From contig MHHQ01000029.1 in NCBI GenBank assembly GCA_001817065.1, positions 4,049-68,048 of the forward strand: a stretch of DNA of 64,000 bases, read 5' to 3'. This stretch comes from Candidatus Andersenbacteria bacterium RIFCSPHIGHO2_02_FULL_46_16. GTDB lineage: Bacteria > Patescibacteriota > Andersenbacteria > UBA10190. The position numbers and the translations under genes were made by a program. The notes beneath the pieces were generated by a model that was given only the letters and a program-made list of their open reading frames with translations, had not been told where the DNA came from and did not search any database. Below are positions 58,971 through 64,000 of the stretch, in pieces. The first letter of the stretch is position 1; every line of letters begins with the position of its first letter.

Positions 58971-60192
58971 ATTCATGACAAATATTTCCATCAATAGCCT
59001 ATTAAGGAATAAGTTTGATATAGTTTTTATCGCCTCCTTCTTTCTCGATGAAAAAGAAAACTATTTTGCTGGAGGAGGCGAAATCCATTTAAAAAACATT
59101 TGTGATGCCTGTAAAGAAAATAAAAAAATACTGATTATCCAAATGACTAATGCCAATAGCCGAATTGTCAGAAAAGATGGTTTATTAATTTATTTGGTAA
59201 AAAGTTGGGGCTACTTGCACTTTAAAATAAAAGTTCGCTCACTGTTGCAACAAATCAGAACTAAACATGTCCATTTTAACTATATCGGCCTTGAGACGCT
59301 TGTCCGCAAAAGAAAAAATGTTACTTATTCTGCAACATTCCACGGCACTGGCTGGGACTTCCCGATAAGCAATTTCCCAGAACCATATGTCAAGAATGAT
59401 CTAAAGACTGTTTTAGGGGCAAAAATCAGAAAGCGTTGGATGATTTATGAACAAAATTGCGCTGTAAAAAAACTAGATAAAATTATCTCGGTTGACTCTT
59501 CACTTTTGCGGTATTGCCAACAATTCTTACCCCCGCTTAGCCATAAGATTTTTACTTTGCCAAATTCCGTTGACTTTGAGCGTTTTACACCAGCAAATAA
59601 TCATCAAGTAAGGTCAGTTTCGGACAAGTTTATAATTCTTTTCCCCAGAAATATTTCTTTCGCTCGGGGTATGCACCTCTTGGTCCCGATTGCCTTAAAA
59701 TTGAGAGCGGACGGGTTGCCTTTTATCATCCAAGTGACTGGAGGAGGAATTGGTTATCGCGGTGGAAGACCATATAAAGACATGCTCTATCGCGAAATAA
59801 GCCGTCTCGACTTGAAGAACTATTTTAAATTTGTTGGCAGAGTGCCCCATCAAGATATGCCGGTATATTACCGCGAATGTGACCTTGTAATTATACCGTC
59901 CGCTTTCTCTGAGGGCACATCCCTATCTTGCCTTGAAGCCATGTCCTCCCGTAAAGTGGTTTTAGCGGCCAATGTGGGCGGACTGAACGACTTGATCATC
60001 GACGGCTATAATGGCTTTCTCGCGAATCCCAATGCTGATGATTTCTCCAATCGCATTAAATTCATTTATGACAATTTTGACCAACTTCGTAAAACTATTG
60101 TCCCCAACGCCTTCGGAATTGTTAGTACATGCTATACCCGCGCGGTGTGGGAATCAAGGATACGTGCTTTTTTTAACCATGACGCGCCATGA
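58948..60192 (+). CDS. glycosyltransferase family 4-like
   Basis: C-terminal pattern SAFSEGTSLSCLEAMSS...GGLNDLI. Confidence 0.6.
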   Translation: MPSCPNLEFMTNISINSLLRNKFDIVFIASFFLDEKENYFAGGGEIHLKNICDACKENKKILIIQMTNANSRIVRKDGLLIYLVKSWGYLHFKIKVRSLLQQIRTKHVHFNYIGLETLVRKRKNVTYSATFHGTGWDFPISNFPEPYVKNDLKTVLGAKIRKRWMIYEQNCAVKKLDKIISVDSSLLRYCQQFLPPLSHKIFTLPNSVDFERFTPANNHQVRSVSDKFIILFPRNISFARGMHLLVPIALKLRADGLPFIIQVTGGGIGYRGGRPYKDMLYREISRLDLKNYFKFVGRVPHQDMPVYYRECDLVIIPSAFSEGTSLSCLEAMSSRKVVLAANVGGLNDLIIDGYNGFLANPNADDFSNRIKFIYDNFDQLRKTIVPNAFGIVSTCYTRAVWESRIRAFFNHDAP

Positions 60193-61421
60193 AAATTTTG
60201 TTTAGTCCCTGCCACTATATCTTCGACTCGAGGTTTGAAGGAGGCGAAGTTTCCTGGGCTTACAATATTGCTCATAGATTAGCGCTGGTATTTCCTGGCT
60301 CGTTGGTTGTTACCGGATATAATAATGACCGCGGTAATCCAACAAGCTACCAAGTCATTGAATTACAACTAAAACAGCGCTATATAGATATGTCTCTCCG
60401 CAACGCAATAAAATTTAATTTTAGCTATTTTCTGGAAACTCGGCGACAGATTGCCAGGGGCGATTTTGATATCCTACACCATGTCTTGCCCTTTGGCTTT
60501 AACAGTACTTTTAATCTTTTCGTCCTGAGCAATATAAAGTCAAAAGCCTTTCCAACCGTGATTGGTCCCCTACAAAGTCCCTTGGGTTATGCCGATAATG
60601 AAATTGATACAAGGAACGTCAGAAACACCCAACCCCAAAAGAAAAGATTGGATGTCGCGCGCATCATGCAAACTGTTTTTGCCCTGCCATTGCGTTTCTT
60701 GTCAAATTTAACTCTCAAGAAAGCAGCAAGGATAGTCGTTGTCAATCAATACACTAAAAATTTGTTAATGGAAAATAATATTTCTGGGCATAAAATAGTC
60801 GTCATCCCGCCCGGTATTGACACTGAGCATTTTCAGCAAACTATACCTATGCAAAAACCACTGCAGGATATTGAAATTATAACTGTCAACCATCTAGTCA
60901 AAAGAAAAGGCATAGATCTTATAATTAAAGCATTCAATATATTGGCCCAGCGCTATGCCCATATCACGTTAAAAATCATCGGGGATGGACGGGCGAAAAA
61001 AGACTTAGAACGGCTAGTCGCGCAACTGAACCTAAAGAATAGAATAGTTTTTTATGGTCATATTCCTAACCATAATGTAAAAAATGTCTACCAAAAAGCT
61101 GATGTTTTTGTCAGTATGAGCCGGTCAGAAAGTTGGGGACAGGTTTATCTTGAAGCCATGGCTTGCGGCCTGCCCATCATTTCAACTAAGAGTGTCGGGT
61201 CGCAATCAATCATTAGAGACGGCGTATTTGGCTACTTAATTGAGCAAGAGGATATTGACGGCTTAGCGGCAAAGCTAGCCCACTTGATAGAAAATGAACA
61301 GTTACGCTGGCAATTCGGCCAAGCTGCCAGAAAGGAAGTCGAGGAAAATTATGACTGGAATAATGTTATCATTCCTAAATACATAGAGGTTTATCAGGAG
61401 CTACTGCGCAAGTGTTGTTAA
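60189..61421 (+). CDS. glycosyltransferase family 4
   Basis: SRSESWGQVYLEAMACGLPIISTKSVG. Confidence 0.8.
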   Translation: MKILFSPCHYIFDSRFEGGEVSWAYNIAHRLALVFPGSLVVTGYNNDRGNPTSYQVIELQLKQRYIDMSLRNAIKFNFSYFLETRRQIARGDFDILHHVLPFGFNSTFNLFVLSNIKSKAFPTVIGPLQSPLGYADNEIDTRNVRNTQPQKKRLDVARIMQTVFALPLRFLSNLTLKKAARIVVVNQYTKNLLMENNISGHKIVVIPPGIDTEHFQQTIPMQKPLQDIEIITVNHLVKRKGIDLIIKAFNILAQRYAHITLKIIGDGRAKKDLERLVAQLNLKNRIVFYGHIPNHNVKNVYQKADVFVSMSRSESWGQVYLEAMACGLPIISTKSVGSQSIIRDGVFGYLIEQEDIDGLAAKLAHLIENEQLRWQFGQAARKEVEENYDWNNVIIPKYIEVYQELLRKCC

Positions 61422-61440
61422 TTAGTTTAGGAATTCCGCT

Positions 61441-62325
61441 ATGTTAACTAAAACTACTATGCTTCAATTTTTTAACAACCAATTTTTTGGAATTTCATAT
61501 AGCGGATTACAAAATTTTATATATTTAGCTGCTAGCCACCACCCGGTTGAAAAAAAAATAATGATATTCTTAACGTGGTTAAGGATCAATCTTAAATTCC
61601 TCTTAATTGCCAACTTCTTAAGCCTGAAAAGTGAAAAAATATTCGGGTACAAAATAAATGCTTTTAGCTACAGTAGCCTAAGGTTTCTATACGAAGAAAT
61701 ATTCTACCGCAACGAGTATTTTTTCAAATCATTTAATAACCGACCAATGATTTTTGATTGTGGCGCCAACATCGGCTTAGCAACTGTCTTCTTTAAATGG
61801 CTATATCCCGAAAGCATAATCTATGCTTTTGAACCTGATCCAGAGACATTTATATTATTAAAAAAGAACGTGCGGCAAAACAAATTAAAAAATGTGCATT
61901 TATTTAATACTGCTATCTCCAATGTAAATGGAAAAATTGACTTTTTTATTGATTCAAAAAACCCCGGCTCCCTGATAATGAGTTCCCGGCGAGAAAGAAT
62001 GCCAAAGGATTTGATTACGGTTGACAGTATTACATTATCCTCTTTCATCCAAGATAAGAAGATTCAACGGATTGATTTTCTTAAAATGGATATTGAGGGG
62101 GCGGAAGAAGAAGCGATTCAAGATCTAAGCAATAAGGATCAATTGAAGAAGCTAAACAAGATGGTCATTGAATACCATCATAAAATAAGTGGCTATAAGT
62201 CAAATTTGAGTAGGTTTGTCCGATATTTCGAAAAAAACGGTTTTGAATACCAAATTAACGCAAAATGTGTTCCGGTTAATTCAGAAAATAAATTTCAGGA
62301 CATCTTGTTATATTTGTATAAATAA
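61441..62325 (+). CDS. FkbM-family methyltransferase
   Basis: IFDCGANIGLATVFF...FEPDPETF pattern. Confidence 0.75.
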   Translation: MLTKTTMLQFFNNQFFGISYSGLQNFIYLAASHHPVEKKIMIFLTWLRINLKFLLIANFLSLKSEKIFGYKINAFSYSSLRFLYEEIFYRNEYFFKSFNNRPMIFDCGANIGLATVFFKWLYPESIIYAFEPDPETFILLKKNVRQNKLKNVHLFNTAISNVNGKIDFFIDSKNPGSLIMSSRRERMPKDLITVDSITLSSFIQDKKIQRIDFLKMDIEGAEEEAIQDLSNKDQLKKLNKMVIEYHHKISGYKSNLSRFVRYFEKNGFEYQINAKCVPVNSENKFQDILLYLYK

Positions 62326-62347
62326 CGAATCGGTCTTTCAAGATAAC

Positions 62348-64000
62348 TATGCGTTTGCCAAAAATAATAATTGTAAGTTCACTATTAACCATAGTTTTGT
62401 TACTGGTCTATCACCGCTGGTTCCTTAACTTTGAGATACTCACATCGGGTGATTGGTATCCGCTATATCAAGAGACAATAAAGCACAATTTTCTAACTGA
62501 GAATATCTGGTCCAGCTCCGGTTTTGGCGAATTTAATGTTGTTTTATCGTTCTTCTTTGTTTACAAAGTGCTCATATATATCCTAGGTTTTCTGGAGTTC
62601 AAATTTATTCTGCGGTTGTTGTTTATAGCTCCAACTGTTTTTGTCGGCTTCTTTTCCTTTTTATTGTTAGCGAAAAAGATGCTTGGCAGTAACTTGGCCT
62701 CATCCTTAATTGCTGCCACAATTTTTAGCTTCAATACATATTATCTCATTCTGCAAACCGGACACCTAACATTGGCTACCGCCTTTGCCTGGTCGCCATT
62801 GGCCATATATCTTTTTATAAATAACCTGACAAACAAAAAACTGATCACTGCCGTCATCGCGGGCTTAGTATGCTTCATAGTCAGTGCTTACGAAGCTCGG
62901 GCTTTTTATATCGTAGCCTGGGTGCTGTTTTTATATTATTTGTATCACACCTTTTTAATTGAGAAGATTTCAAAAAAAAATATAATTAGCAACTCTATAT
63001 ATGCAGTTATTCCAATATTAGTCACTTTGATATTAAGTACATACTGGATTATTCCCTTAATCGCCACCAGGTCTCTGCAAAGTAACGCAGTTTTGGGTCG
63101 TGGATTATTTGGAAGCAATTTTATGTACTTAACTAACTCACTTACCTTGTTCCATCCGTTTTGGGCGGGAGCCGCACCAACTACTTTTATAAACCAGCCA
63201 ATCCCCGTATATTTTTGGTTCGTTCCCATGCTAGCTTTCCTGGGGTTAATCTTTGGCCGCAAAAATAAGTATGTTGTCTTTTTCGGTATCATTGCCGCAT
63301 TAGGAATACTTCTGTCTAAACAATCCGCTACTCCATTCCCTCACGTTTATTTATGGCTATACGAGCATCTTCCCGGCTTCAATGCTTATCGCGAAGCTAG
63401 TAAATTTTATTACTTGCTCGGCCTTAGTTATTCTATTTTAATTGGCGCCCTAGTAGCTTCATTGTGGCAAAACCCGCGCTTTAAAAAATGGCCTACCTAC
63501 AGCCGGTTTTTTGTGGTTTTATTCGTGATGATCCTTTTTGTAAATAATGCTCTCCCAGTCATTACCGGCGCGATTGGAACAATATTCACCCCTCGCCACG
63601 TACCAGCAGATTATCTGACTTTTAAGGATTTCCTTCTTAAGCAACCTGGCTTTTTTCGGACATCATGGATACCGGCTACATCCCGATGGAGTATTTATGC
63701 CAGTCAAAAACCAATGATAAGTAATATTACTATTATCAATAGCACATGGAAAAAATATTTCTGGGAGAGGCCGGGATATCAGTCATTGCCATTCAATGAA
63801 AGGTTAATAGAACTATTTAAGATCAATGGCGCCAATGGTCTTCTTGATATATCTTCCATAAAATACGTTGTTGTTCCGATACAGGATTTTAAAAACGATG
63901 ATGATTTTTTTGTTCACTTCGGCGGCCGGGAGAATCCCCATATCCGACGATGGTACCTAGAGCAATTAGCCCGTATACCATTTCTAAGAAAGATTGATAT
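62348..64000 (+). CDS. large polytopic membrane protein (partial, runs off window). Putative GT-C-like glycosyltransferase
   Basis: Manually translated open frame from the ATG at 62348 with no stop to the window end. It is not in the ORF track because the stop is absent. Multiple TM helices. Confidence 0.45.

Noticed and set aside
62216-62428. Track ORF 62216..62428(+), 70 aa.
   Set aside because: Spans the intergenic gap and is out of frame with the long open membrane-protein frame starting at ATG 62348 that continues to the window end. The long frame is preferred.
62945-63292. 115-aa minus-strand ORF.
   Set aside because: Antisense to the long plus-strand membrane-protein frame 62348..64000.
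1-64000. rRNA or tRNA genes.
   Set aside because: No T-loop GGTTCGAATCC-type sequences and no rRNA-like conserved stretches were seen by eye. A tRNAscan or Infernal run could still find a tRNA I missed.

Overview
Gene-dense 64 kb bacterial window, roughly mid-40s % GC, with patchy AT-rich islands. The many glycosyltransferases, lamin-tail and NHL secreted proteins with Pro/Ser linkers, and a phosphoketolase–acetate kinase pair are compatible with an uncultivated, possibly Patescibacteria-like, lineage; that placement is an inference only. There are no rRNA or tRNA genes and no CRISPR array. Housekeeping genes: typA/bipA, a DEAD-box helicase, xfp–ackA, a cold-shock protein and an ABC-F ATPase. 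The most notable region is 18.6–27.3 kb, a minus-strand metal-homeostasis operon: csoR – DUF1573 – CC-motif membrane protein – two small membrane proteins – an HMA/polytopic-membrane/tandem cupredoxin-like fusion – copZ – copA. It is bracketed and split by copies of two uncharacterised repeat families. Family 1 is a MITE-like element of about 190–320 bp with terminal inverted repeats of roughly 25–35 bp; it has three same-orientation copies, two of them flanking copA, and one shows an apparent 7-bp target duplication. Family 2 is a GC-rich structured repeat of about 190–265 bp with three copies. Other accessory features: an ISAzo13-family IS (transposase plus ~22-bp imperfect IRs) overlapping the 3' end of a PepSY gene next to a ferric-reductase-like oxidoreductase; a second CPH-type Cu ATPase with YbjQ; and an unannotated 53-aa Cys/His-rich metallothionein-like ORF coupled to a SHOCT membrane protein. 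From 44–64 kb there is a glycan-biosynthesis island: flippase, GT2/GT4 enzymes, a TagF-like transferase, WecB, an epimerase/dehydratase, four methyltransferases and three large GT-C-like membrane proteins. One of these is an ORF absent from the track that runs off the window end at 62348 onwards. A radical SAM/SPASM enzyme sits at the 5' edge. All calls come from reading the translations and DNA by eye; no searches were run.
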